A program made the position numbers and the translations under genes. From Podarcis filfolensis (lineage: Eukaryota), in NCBI GenBank assembly GCA_964270895.1, contig OZ185446.1: a DNA stretch of 64,000 nucleotides. The stretch is one strand, 5' to 3'. This document shows, piece by piece, positions 1 through 11,752 of the stretch (its first letter is position 1; each line of letters starts with the position of its first letter). The notes under the pieces were generated by a model that saw only the letters and a list, made by a program, of their open reading frames with translations, had not been told where the DNA came from and did no database searches.

Positions 1-517
1 ACCAAGCTAGATGAGATGCTAAACATATCTGTAGTACCCACATTATGGGGAAGATGAAAGCATCCAGTTGTGCTACTGCAGATGTACTATTATACTATTA
101 CATTATTGTACATTTTAAGCCAAGCAAAATGCATAGCACTTCATTCATATATATGTTTACTCAAATGTACACACACATGAGATTGTACTTTTTATTGCAG
201 ATAAAAAGGTTATGATTTGCAGTGAAAATTGCTTTTATTCCCACCTAGATGCTGAATTTAACACAGATAAGCTCTCAGTTTAAAATTCAGGATTTAGTAT
301 CATCAGTATTTCATGCTATATTAACAGTCTAATGTGTATACTTCAGTCTCATTGAGTTAATTGGAACTTAAATATTTTAAATGTATTAGATTGTGTTAGT
401 GCAGTCCAAAAAGATGCAAGTCAGCACACAGAGTATTTTATGCTTACACTGAAAGTTGCAATGGAATCTATTTGCCTGTGGGTACTGTTAACATTCAAAA
501 ATTTAATTCCCCCCTAG

Positions 518-599
518 ATTGCTGCTGTATTAACTTTACCCTTTGATGTAGTTAAAACACACAAGCAGACTGAAATGTGGGAACCTGTCAGCACACATG
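518..599 (+). CDS. SLC25A40: SLC25A40 mitochondrial carrier, third-from-last coding exon (82 nt)
   Basis: AG at 516-517, GT at 600-601. Translates IAAVLTLPFDVVKTHKQTEMWEPVSTH, containing the carrier signature PxDxxKT and matching human FAAVATLPFDVVKTQKQT as recalled. Confidence 0.93.
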
Positions 600-921
600 G
601 TAAGTTCTAATTCACCAAGTATTTTTTTCTTTCAGATCCTCTATCAAGTACAATATTTATTGAAACCCATTCTTGGAAACCAGTATCATCAATACCTTTG
701 TAACATCATGGAAGGACCACACACTTCGTGGCCTGCCCTTAGTGAATATTTTGAAGCTGTAGAATGTGCCGGCCTGCTGGCCTCTTTTATATGATTAGGA
801 AGGCAAGAGAATATTCAGCCAGCTCTGAATCAAGTGTTTAATAGTTATTTCCAATACATTTCTTACATTTCTTACATTTTATTGCATAACATTTTGAATT
901 CTATGGTATTCAAATTGTAAT

Positions 922-1147
922 AAGGTAAAGGTAAAGGTACCCCTGCCCGTACGGGCCAGTCGTGTCCGACTCTGGGGTTGCGTGCTCATCTCGCTTAAGA
1001 GGCCGGTAGCCAGCGCTGTCCGCAGACACTTCCGGGTCACGTGGCCAGCGTGACGAAGCTGCTCTGGCGAGCCAGCACCAGCGCAGTGCACGGAAACGCC
1101 GTTACCTTCCCGCTATAAAGCGGTACCTATTTATCTACTTGCACTTA
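922..1147 (-). mobile_element. Sauria SINE, 5'-truncated
   Basis: (ACCTTT)n tail and Sauria SINE 3' body (ggtacctatttatctacttgcac) in reverse. Confidence 0.85.
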
Positions 1148-1364
1148 GGTGAAATAAAATTAGCAATCACACTGCATGTAGCACAGCACAGTACAAATAC
1201 TACAACCAGCAGAGGGGGGGGAGTTTTGAAAGCAGTCCCACCTGAAAATGGTGCCTCCTTGCAAAATTTACCACCAGAGAGATGTGGCTAGGTAGAAGCA
1301 TAATTGACATTTAATTGTACATCCACATTTTTCTCCTCCTATTTAGTAGTTTTGTTTTACTCAG

Positions 1365-1445
1365 CTTCACAGCAGAGGAGTTTATCGATATGGGAATTAA
1401 TGAAGAGAATTGTTGCTGAAAATGGATTTACTGGATTATATACTG
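1365..1445 (+). CDS. SLC25A40: SLC25A40 penultimate coding exon (81 nt)
   Basis: ttttactcag acceptor, G|GTAAA donor, phase 1-1. Translates (A)SQQRSLSIWELMKRIVAENGFTGLYT(G), similar to human STWIIMKNIVAKNGFSGLFSG. Confidence 0.92.
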
Positions 1446-1927
1446 GTAAATTATTGCTTTCTCACTAAACTAGAGGTTGATATGTTTTCCATATATTGTT
1501 TGTCTTAGGCAGTATCGTAGTATCTACAACAGAACTTACTGTGCAGTCCAAACACCCTTCACCACCACCACCCACACCCTGTTCCTGTCCAGTGCCACAG
1601 TGGGCCACAGTGTCCTTTCACCCAGTCCTGCCAGCCTCCATCTGGTGGCTGCAGCACTCCCCGTTCGGTCCGATTTATGGCAGGGGGTGGGGGGTGGGCT
1701 GAACCTGCCTAGGATTCATTGGAGCCAACGCCAACCCCACTGCCATCACATGACAGCATCATGGCCAATGACTGCAGAAGCTCTGAACTGGGCAGGACTC
1801 CAGATGCAGTGGTGGTCCTGCCCAATTGTTAGGAGCAGCTCTGATTAGGATTGTACCTTAAGCTATTTAAACCATTATGACCGTCTTTCTGTAGTTATGA
1901 CAATAACTCTTTGTTGTTTTGCATAGC

Positions 1928-2177
1928 AAAGTGTGGTGTAGTGGTTAAGAGCGGTGGACTCGTAATCTGGTGAACCGGGTTCAATTCCCCACTCCTCCAC
2001 ATGCAGCTGCTGGGTGACCTTGGGCTAGTCACGCTTCTTTGAAGTCTCTCAGCCCCACTCACCTCACAGTGTGTTTGTTGTGGGGGAGGAAGGGAAAGGA
2101 GAATGTTAGCCTCTTTGAGACTCCTTCGGGTAGTGATAAAGCAGGATATCAAATCCAAATTCTTCTTCTTCTTCTTC
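1928..2177 (+). mobile_element. tRNA-derived SINE with (TTC)n tail
   Basis: A box GTGTAGTGG and B box GGTTCAATTCCC, followed by a body and a TTC-repeat tail. Confidence 0.75.
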
Positions 2178-3068
2178 CCTACAAACTTATTTTGCAGTTG
2201 TGAAAAGTGGAAAACAAACTAACTCAGTTACTTAATTGGGGAGGCCCCCAGGGCACTGATCAGTCCCAATGATGAGAAACTGTTAAGCCCCCATGTAAGA
2301 ATGGGATGCAGGTAAAATAAATACAAAAATTCTGGAGAAACAGCCTTGGCAAATAAAAATTGTCATATACTGTACTTTCACAGTCTCTACGAGAGCCTGA
2401 AGCATTACCATGAACATTGTTATGGGTAAACAATTAGGGTTGTGCTTTTGAATCTCTCAAAGAATCTATGAACTTTATTATATTAACAATGATTAAGCTC
2501 ATTCAACTGCATTGTTGATAACATCATTCAGATTTATTAGCCTTACTTTTCAAATGGCTTTGATCTCTTTTAAATCTGCTACAAAGCCACTATTCATATA
2601 CTCCAAATATTTTGTTTATGGATGATGGCTCAAGGCTTGACAAACCTGTGCTTTCTGTACATTGTAGGTTTAAGTTATGTGCAGTGATCTTGTGAGATAG
2701 GGTCTGTAAAAATATATTGGTATAATGGTTTCTGCACAGTGATAAATATAAGAGCATTCAAATTGCAAGACTGAACAACAGGAGAAACCAATAAGCAAAT
2801 GAACATACTGTGTGGTCCCTTTAGACTTGAGAATAATGAAATATAGATAATTGGTTCTGGCCCCACTCGGCTCCATCTTTTGTGTGACAGTCCTTCATGT
2901 CCCCTCCCCTCTTCTATGCTAAACATAACAAATGATTGAAATAAACGGGTAAGTACAATAACATTGTGCTAGTTGTGCAAAAATTTAAGCAATTATATAC
3001 AATAGCTTACTGATGATCTCCCACTTAGTTCTTCCATGCTCTTGAATAGTAATTTATCTTTTCTGTAG

Positions 3069-3187
3069 GCATTATTCCAAGACTGACAAAAATTGCTCCT
3101 GCTTGTGCCATAATGATCAGCGCCTATGAATATGGGAAATCTTTCTTCCGTAGAATAAATAAAGACAAAGCTATGAAGAACCTTTAA
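3069..3187 (+). CDS. SLC25A40: SLC25A40 last coding exon to TAA
   Basis: ttctgtag acceptor. Translates (G)[38 protein letters not shown], similar to human [27 protein letters not shown]. Confidence 0.94.
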
Positions 3188-4055
3188 TGCTGATTCTGTA
3201 AACTTGGTGGCAGCAGTAAGAAGGTCCATAAGATAATTTATATCTTAAAAATATAGTTGATAAGCTCCTTGCATATCATGCACGCCTTCAAGTCAGCTCT
3301 GTTGAAGACGAGAACCTAGTTCTGCAAAAGAAGAATGCTGCACAGCCCATGAACTGCCCTAGGCTTCCTCCGGGTAAATTGAAATGTCTTTCATACAGTA
3401 GCCACTTGATGTAGCTAACCATCATATAGCTGGTAACAGTCCAGCTGGTTATAGCAATATTTTTCCCCCACAGAACCGTATTTTGAAATTATACATACAA
3501 GATTGTATTTCCACAAAGGAAATAATGACTCAGACACTCAAGGCCATATTATTTAGAGTGCCTACATCATGTGATTGAATAATCCAGGTTAACAGCGTAT
3601 GTGAATAAGGCATAGTAGGACAAACAAATTTCTTCAGCAGCTATGTTTAATATGCACAGATCTTAATGAAAACCATGAGAATTTCCTAGTTTGGATATTT
3701 CTACACTGTTATGTTACCAAAATCTTTAGCATGGCATTACCCAGAAACAACCACCTTTTAAATTAAACAAGGAAAATGTATTTTCTTAATAAAATATAAA
3801 GTTTACACTTGGTGTCTTTCCAGGACTGATAAAGGCGTGCATCCAGCTGTTGGGCAAAAGGGTACACACACCTAGCCTAGAATTATACATGTCATGCTTC
3901 CTAGTAAAGGGTTAATAAGCTTCCAGTTGTACTTGATAATACAGTGTTATGCACATAGGCAATACATTATTAAATTAATTCAATATAGCACATGGCCAAT
4001 TATATTTTGCCAGCTGTAGAAATTACTCTAATATATTCACACAGAGTTTAAATTA

Positions 4056-4297
4056 CAGTGGTACCTCGGGTTACATACGTTTCAGGTCACATATACTTCG
4101 GGTTACAGACTCCACTAACCCAGAAATATTACCTCAGGTTAAGAACTTTGCTTCAGGATGAGAACAGAAATCATGCAGTGACGGCGCGGCGGCAGCAGGA
4201 GGCCCCATTAGCTAAAGTGGTGCTTCAGGTTAAGAACAGTTTCAGGTTAAGAACAGACCTTCAGAACGACTTAAGTTCTTAACCTGAGGTACCACTG
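4056..4297. mobile_element. Tc1/mariner (Tigger-like) MITE
   Basis: TIRs CAGTGGTACCTC/GAGGTACCACTG with TA on both sides. Same family as 49643-49868. Confidence 0.9.
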
Positions 4298-4821
4298 TAC
4301 ACTGTGAATGTTACAAAGTAAAACTACCACGGGTGCGAAGAGAACAAAGACCATTTTTTTAAAAAAAGTGTTAGCACGTCCACAAGTGAAAATGTAGGGC
4401 ATTGTTATATAAGGATCATAGTACACTTTAGACCAGCACTTGAAGCTCCATCACTGTTATAGATGTTTCAGATCTATTGGACTATTTATTTGACTTACCA
4501 TAGTACTGCTAATTTTGAAGATAAACATCTTCCTCAAAATATCCTAGTAGTCAAGAAAATTTAACATCTTAAATTTCTAAATTTCACGAACAGTTGTGAT
4601 CACAGCAAACTTTCGTTCCACATCCTTATTTAAAACATTGTACCACACCTTTCCTTATGAAAAGCTCAAGGTGGCACCTTAAAACATAACTGAACAATTT
4701 AAAATACAGGATGAATGGAACTTACATGTATTAAATTATGCAGTTGAAATCACAGATTAAGTGTACTGAAGGTGAAGAGCTTAAAAGCTCTTTTTTTGTA
4801 CAGCATTTTCCCAGCCCAGAA

Positions 4822-4951
4822 AGAACTTTTAAGCTCCCAGACTGGCTTACAGGGCTCTGGGAGGCTCTCACAAGATCTTGCAGTAACTTGGCCTAATGAG
4901 ATCTCTCAAGAGCATCCCAGAGCCCAGTAAGTTTGGGAACTTAAAAGTTCT
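4822..4951. repeat. Imperfect inverted repeat (hairpin)
   Basis: Arms 4822-4879 and 4898-4951 are complementary at about 45 of 54 positions, with one 4-nt bulge. Confidence 0.85.
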
Positions 4952-7386
4952 GCCTTAGGGGGCAAAACCGCTCAGTACACACCTCCAGAAAGGGTAAGGA
5001 TGCTCGCACAGGGGTGGTTTGACTATACATGTCATCCCTGGGATGTATAAAACACAATTGTTCTCTATCAATTACAAAAACACTAAAGCACCAAAATTAC
5101 AATCCACCAGTAGCAGCTCATTGTACAGATTATATGACCACGCTTGAGAGAAAATTGGGCAAATTGCTTTTTAAATGCAACATAAATTGGGCTGTATTTT
5201 ATTTGATAGGTTTATAGCCACTTTCCCATTTTTTAATTCAGGTTTTAAAATCAATCATAAGCTTACAAAAATAATGTAATTTAGTACAAATATTTGGCAT
5301 AGCAGCATTGCAAATGGTCCAGTTAAAACATAACTACAAATTAACTCCCAGAATAAAGTTTCCACACCTTGTAAGTGAAAGAAAATGGTAGCCACAGTAA
5401 TTGATGTAGGATTTATGCAGTATGTTCTAACCACATTTATCTACTGTAAACCACTTAAAGATCTTTCAGACAGAAAGCAGTATATAATTGTAAATAATAA
5501 TGTCTGTAGTAAAACAGTCTGTAATGCAAAGTTGAACACTTTATAGTTTCCTAGCACAACTCTGCAATTCCCTTATGATAACATTGGTGTAGTGCACTTG
5601 ACCGTTTGTTCCATTTGAATCAATATTCATTGTGGTATTATGTAACACCTAATGAAATCTTTCTCAAGATTGTGTACAAGCTAAAATGATAAAACAATGG
5701 CAGGCAATATTTCTGTTATAAAGAAAAAGTACAACAACGAAAGTGGTAATAGTACAAAATGTTTAATGCACATGCAACATTTGATACAGCAGCACAAGTC
5801 TGCACAATTTGGGTTTTTTTCCAAGTCTGAAAACTTGACAGGATTTCAGAACAAATACAGTAAACTTTTCATGCACAAATATTGACCTGACTGGTTTCAC
5901 ATACAAACTAGAGATTTTAGTTATGGTCTGTAAAAAAAAGGCTTTGATCCCAGCTGCTCCAACTAGTCAATAACTGGCGTGACAAAGTCATGTTTCCAGA
6001 TCAACAGTAAACTGTCCCAAGGAAGAGTTCACACATACAAACCTGCTAACAATACTCTATATACCTCTCAAAACTTGGCTGTAAAGATTTCATTTTTCCT
6101 CATGTTCTTAAAAGATAACTATTTTACAAGAGATAATTAACATGCATTGCATTACTTTTATCAGGTAGTCAGTACGTAACATCAGGCAAAGCAGGAACAT
6201 TGTCTTGTTTTGTCTCATAATTTAGCTCAGCACATATGAAAAATAATGAACTTGCCAACACAAAGAATTTCATGTATAATCTGCTTTCTCTTAATGCTAA
6301 TCAATTTTTATAGCAAATCTTACAAGAGGCACATTTCTTTTTGGCAAAATAATAAGTAGGTAATCAAACTGATAGTGCAAAATTAGCTGTACTTGTAGAG
6401 TCCCCCATGTTGTTCCAAATTAGAAAACAATGCATGGAACTTCTTTGGCACAATAAAGCATTTCCTCAGAGTCATGAAGTTTAGGGACTGTATGTGTATC
6501 GATGCTTTTACACAAAATAGCCTGTGATTACTGCATGTAACAATTCCCAGTAATGCTAGGAAATGAAACTCGTTACACTGTAGAAAGGGTTGCACTTTAA
6601 AAATTAAACTGCAAAAGGTTAAAAAAAGCATGGCTAGCATTGTTTAACTGTTGACCAGTGACACCTGGTTTAAACTTTTTACTACAGAGCAGGTAGCAAG
6701 ACTTACATATAAGTCTATTGTGATACTTGCTTTTCGGAGAAAAACCAAGTTCTTAAAAGGAACCACTATAAATAGTTGCACTACTTTTCTCTACAAGTGT
6801 CTCCTACCTTTACATTCGGACATGTCATGAGCACAAACAATTTGGATGCCGTCTCCAAATTTCTCCCCTTTGTACCCTGCAAGTAGTTCAGCGTGTCAGA
6901 ATGCCAAATATGTGGGAAACCCTGATGGAAGTAAGACTAGTATAATGAAAATTCAGGTGTAGATCTAATAGCTACCACCACTCTAAGTAGTTCAGTTTTT
7001 TCAATCCATCATAATAGAATACAATTCAAATATTTTGTTCTTACAATAGTCAATATTTTTACTTACCTATTGAGATTTAAGTTATCCTTGTAAATGTGAG
7101 CATATCTAAAGAAGTGAGGAAAGTAAGCTTCAAGAGAAGACAGATTTTGGCAGTTAAGATAACCCCCTTTTCTCTTAATGATGATTTGCAGCCTTAATTG
7201 TACATTCAACAGACTGAAAATCATGAATATTGTAAGCAATCAAGGAGTATTTTTAGAAAACAACAACTGCAAGCCATTGTTTTTTAGATGTTGCTAAAAA
7301 GGATAGAGTAGCAATTTTTAAAACCAGCATAATGTTGTATGAGTCTCAACCGCAGATAAATTAAGGAATGTCAACTGAATACAAAT

Positions 7387-7563
<177 letters not shown>

Positions 7564-7719
7564 TTAAGAAAAAAAATTAACACATATATAACACTAGTGA
7601 CTGGCCCATCCAGGGTGATCAATAAGGGAGCATAAAGCAATCACTTTTCTCCCTTCTACCCTTTTCAGGGCAAGTGTGACTGTCTAGAACCAGGCATTTC
7701 ACCTAATTTCTGGATACAA

Positions 7720-7810
7720 GAACTGCCCATGAACTACCCTCTGTCTTAGCAGAATTCAGCTTCAGTTTATTTGCTCTCATCCAATCCACTACTGTCTCCA
7801 AGCACCATAA
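7720..7810 (-). mobile_element. L2 LINE RT fragment
   Basis: Translates VDWMRANKLKLNSAKTE, a typical L2/CR1 RT motif. Confidence 0.65.
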
Positions 7811-8795
7811 CCTGTAATAAAAAAATTACTTGTAGATAATGCAGGTGGCTTGCATTTTCACATTTGGTCATAAGATGGAGCAGTTTCATTTTTAGACAAC
7901 ACATCCATTCGCTATTGTGGGCCCATCTGCACCTTCTCAAAAAACACATTGCTTTGGACTTTCTCTCTCTCTCCCTCTCTCTCTCTGGACAAACCAAATG
8001 AAGTTTTTACTGATCAGAGAATATATGGGTTTTTGCATGGCTAAAATCCAGTTTCTTACTAACTGACAGTAACACAGTAAGGTTTCAGAACCAATAGTGT
8101 AACACCAGGCAGCGTTCACCACTTCACAGTTGTTGGATTATCGCATTTTCTCCTGACACCTTACTCCTCTGTGCTGCTGTATACGCCCCCTCTAGCCAAA
8201 CTTGGCCCTCCTCACTTCATTCCGTTTTTGTTCCTATTGCTGTTTATTTCCAGATTCAACTTTTTTTTCCTTTCTGGGTGGATTTATCTTGGAGGAATTC
8301 CCTCTGCACTTATTAATGGGGTTACTTCTCTCTCAGCTTCATCTGAAGGCAAGTTATGTTTGAAGCTATAGTTTGTCCATGAGACATCAGATATACATTA
8401 CAACTTTATTTCAAAATGAGGCAAGTCAATTGGAAAGAATAAAAAATGAGAAGCAGGAAAGTATTTTGTGAAAAACAGAAACTAAATGGATCTTGGTATC
8501 AGCTAATAGTGTTATGATACTAGTTTCTAAATAATAACCTTTCTCCTTGCATGAAACTTTTGTATATTACAACTCAGTAGATCTGTCTCTTAAGGATCTG
8601 CACATCACTTTGAGCTTAGCAGTATGGGAGGATGCTGCAAGGCTGCAGTTCACCCCACAGGACCAAGATCATATAGGTGACAAGTGGTTCACACATTCAA
8701 AGAACTACTATGCAGAAGCATTTCAAATTGTTTGGAAGCTGCAAGCTGAGATTTGGCCTTCATGCAATTGAACAAGGGAATCTAAGGTTTTTAAA

Positions 8796-8798
<3 letters not shown>

Positions 8799-8834
<36 letters not shown>
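8799..8834. repeat. (GT)n microsatellite
   Basis: Direct read. Confidence 0.95.
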
Positions 8835-8836
<2 letters not shown>

Positions 8837-8838
<2 letters not shown>

Positions 8839-9301
8839 CATTCTGTCTTGAATAAGACCATTTGGTAAGGCATTATCTAGCTACACTGGGAAAGGTTTTT
8901 GAGGAGCAGGTTAAAAGAAGTACATAAAAATGAAGTGATGATGCACATAGGTGTGTTACTTTGCTTAAACACCATCCTGTAATTTTACATACACACACAC
9001 ACACAAGATATGGAGTTGTAGGATGGTGCTTAAGCAAAGTTACACACTTATGTGTATGAGTATCTTCTGGTCTTAACTGAGTATGGTTTCTTAAACTGCA
9101 ATTGATGCTTATTATTTGCAATGAGAAGATGGAATTAAATTTAATAAAATGTCACCTAAGCAAGTTGGCTTTAAGATGAAAGCATGTGGGCCTAAATCAT
9201 CACTTTATTTTTATGTACTTATTATAACCTGCTCCTCAAAAACCTTTCCCAGAGTAGCTAGATAATGCCTTACCAAATTGTCTTATTCAAGACAGATTGT
9301 T
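8837..9301. repeat. Nested inverted repeats
   Basis: 106-bp outer arms 8837-8942 / 9196-9301 with 6 mismatches. 42-bp inner arms 8944-8985 / 9013-9054. Confidence 0.92.
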
Positions 9302-9462
9302 CTATATTGCGATGTCTTGACTTTACTGGGACTGAAAATATCCATCCTTTGGCATTCACCTGATTTAGGGTCTTAGAATTATTGCAGGTTGCAGGAAAGA
9401 AGTGGGATAGCTGCAGGTACTAAAAAAAACCCCAAAAACCCTAATGGAAATAAGTTGCTTTA

Positions 9463-9690
<228 letters not shown>

Positions 9691-11289
9691 TTATGGTATT
9701 TTTATTACAAAGTACTATAGCAAATAGTAACTTATAGGGAAGCATCTATTTGCATCAGCGATTCCAAACAAATATGCTGTACTATAAAATAAAGCTGGAA
9801 ATTTTAAAATGTGTTTTTCTTTAAATAGGATTACATAAAGGAAGAAAAGGTGTTATCCTCTACTCAGTTATGAATGCACACATTTCATTATTTAAACAGA
9901 GACACTGCAGCATTATAGTCAAGGGTACAATTCCAAAGGGAGCTCCACCGGTGATATAGGCAAGGAATTAAGAACATTTGCACTATTCTTTAAAAGTTTT
10001 AACATTCACCTGTTTCCACACACAGTGATAATTTTGATTTCATCTTGTTTGATTTGATTAATGTTGATTTTTCTAGATTTGCTGTATTTTACTATTTTTT
10101 CAAATATTTATTGTAAGCCACTCTGATAGTTTGATTGAAGAGCTAAAAATCTTAAAACAAATATTCAGTGGCCTGGTTCACACATGCTAAGCCAAATCAA
10201 AGTTTGTTCTTGGTGTAGAAGTCATGGTTAGTCTGGAGAGAGCTAAACCATACACCCAACTTTGGATAGCATGCTAAGCCAAACTATGGCTTAGCTCAGC
10301 ACAGCAGAAAAACAACAAAACAACTAGGGAGCAGCCGAGTGGCTGTCATCTGCTCCCTGGGAGCCTGCGTGTTTGGGCTAAGTCATGGCTGTGTCAGGAC
10401 AATGCAGATGGAGGATTGGCTGAGGACCTGGGCAAGGGCTGCAGCAGGATGTGGAGGCCTCTGCCAGGAGTGGAGCAGTCTGTTAGTGAGGACCCTAGGA
10501 AGAGGGGCTCCCTTAACCTGCTCACTTGTCTCATCTGTCCCCATAATGAGACCCATGAGCCCCACCTCCCTCTACAGGGCTGTCAGAACCTCTATCTGAC
10601 ACACCCTCAGTGCTCACTGCACCACCCACCTCGGCATCTTCAGAAAAAAGGAGTAACTGCGCCTACCCAGACGGGGATATTTCACTAGGTCCAGCAGGAG
10701 CAAAAAGAGTAGGCAACCGAGGGTTCCGCCTACTATATGTAGTGTGATATTGCAGAAACGCTAACTGCCCTACGATGAGCCCATCCCATTTCACAAAGGG
10801 GCGTGTGTCTGATCAACAACTAAAGCTTTGACAGTTAAGAGTACCGGCCTTGCAGCTGCATTTAAAATTAGTCACGTGTATTGCCTGAAGTGCCAGCAAT
10901 GTGTATATGTACTGCAGTAATCAAAACATTAAAGCCTTTGGAAATAATCCTTCAAGCCTTCCTTCTTCAGCAACTGGGAGACCGGAGACCAGCCATCCTT
11001 TAGCTCTTTTCACTACATGCACTAAAATAACCTGTTGCTGCCTTGAAAAGCAGGCTATAAATATGAAAAACTAAATTATAAGCCACCTATGGAGAGGTAC
11101 ATTTGCTGAAATGTCCTTCATATACTGCAATGCAGCATAAAGACACTGTGAAATCCAATTTGTGCCCTAGTAATTTTGGATCAGGCTCAACAGGACATGC
11201 CGAGCTGTCTCATGCCTGCAAGACCACAGTTTCTTGATCAATTGGGCCAAAAGTCACCACATGTAAGTGAGTCAGCTGATTCACCTGAT

Positions 11290-11752
11290 TCATCTCTATA
11301 AACACCAAGTCAGCAACAGGTTATCTGACCGTGGATAGGGTAATATTGGGGGAGTGGATGTTACACCCAGCTGTATTTCAGCAAATTCAGACTTGTTATG
11401 GCACAATCAAAGTGGACCTCTTTGCATCCGACATAAATTGTCAGGTTGAGAGGTTCTTCACCGGGTTCCATTGTCTGATGGTAGAAGCAACAGATGCGCT
11501 AGCAGCTTTGTGGCCACCTGGTCTACTTTATGCCTTCCCTCCAGTTCCGGTTATTCCTCAACTCCTACAGAAACTTTAGGAAGAAAGGGTTCTGCTAATT
11601 TGAATGGCACCATATTGGCCATGGATGTCAGACATTCTGGATCTGGCCATAACTTCCCCATGACATTTTTCTCCTCAGTCAGACATCACCTTCATCTGAA
11701 TCTAAGTTGGCTACAGTTAACAGTTTGGTTTTTGAGAGGAATGAGCCTCTGA
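11290..11752 (+). mobile_element. Degenerate DIRS1-like tyrosine-recombinase retrotransposon fragment (region after RNase H, methyltransferase-like)
   Basis: GEWMLHPAVFQQI..VDLFAS..AFPPVPVIPQLLQKL*EERVLLI*MAPYWPW..WLQLTVWFL matches the DIRS pol C-terminal pattern EW-LHP/VDLFA/AFPP/APxWP. Contains stops and a frameshift. Confidence 0.78.

Noticed and set aside
597-794. 65-aa ORF next to the SLC25A40 exon
   Set aside because: It reads through the donor into the intron, and the nearby AG would leave only a 34-nt intron.
3824-3915. Alternative SLC25A40 last exon after tttccag
   Set aside because: No similarity to the carrier C-terminus. The true last exon is at 3069-3187.
7767-7813. Alternative terminal RUNDC3B exon (good AG acceptor at 7813-7812)
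   Set aside because: The sequence is an L2 RT fragment and would stop after 7 codons. No supporting evidence.
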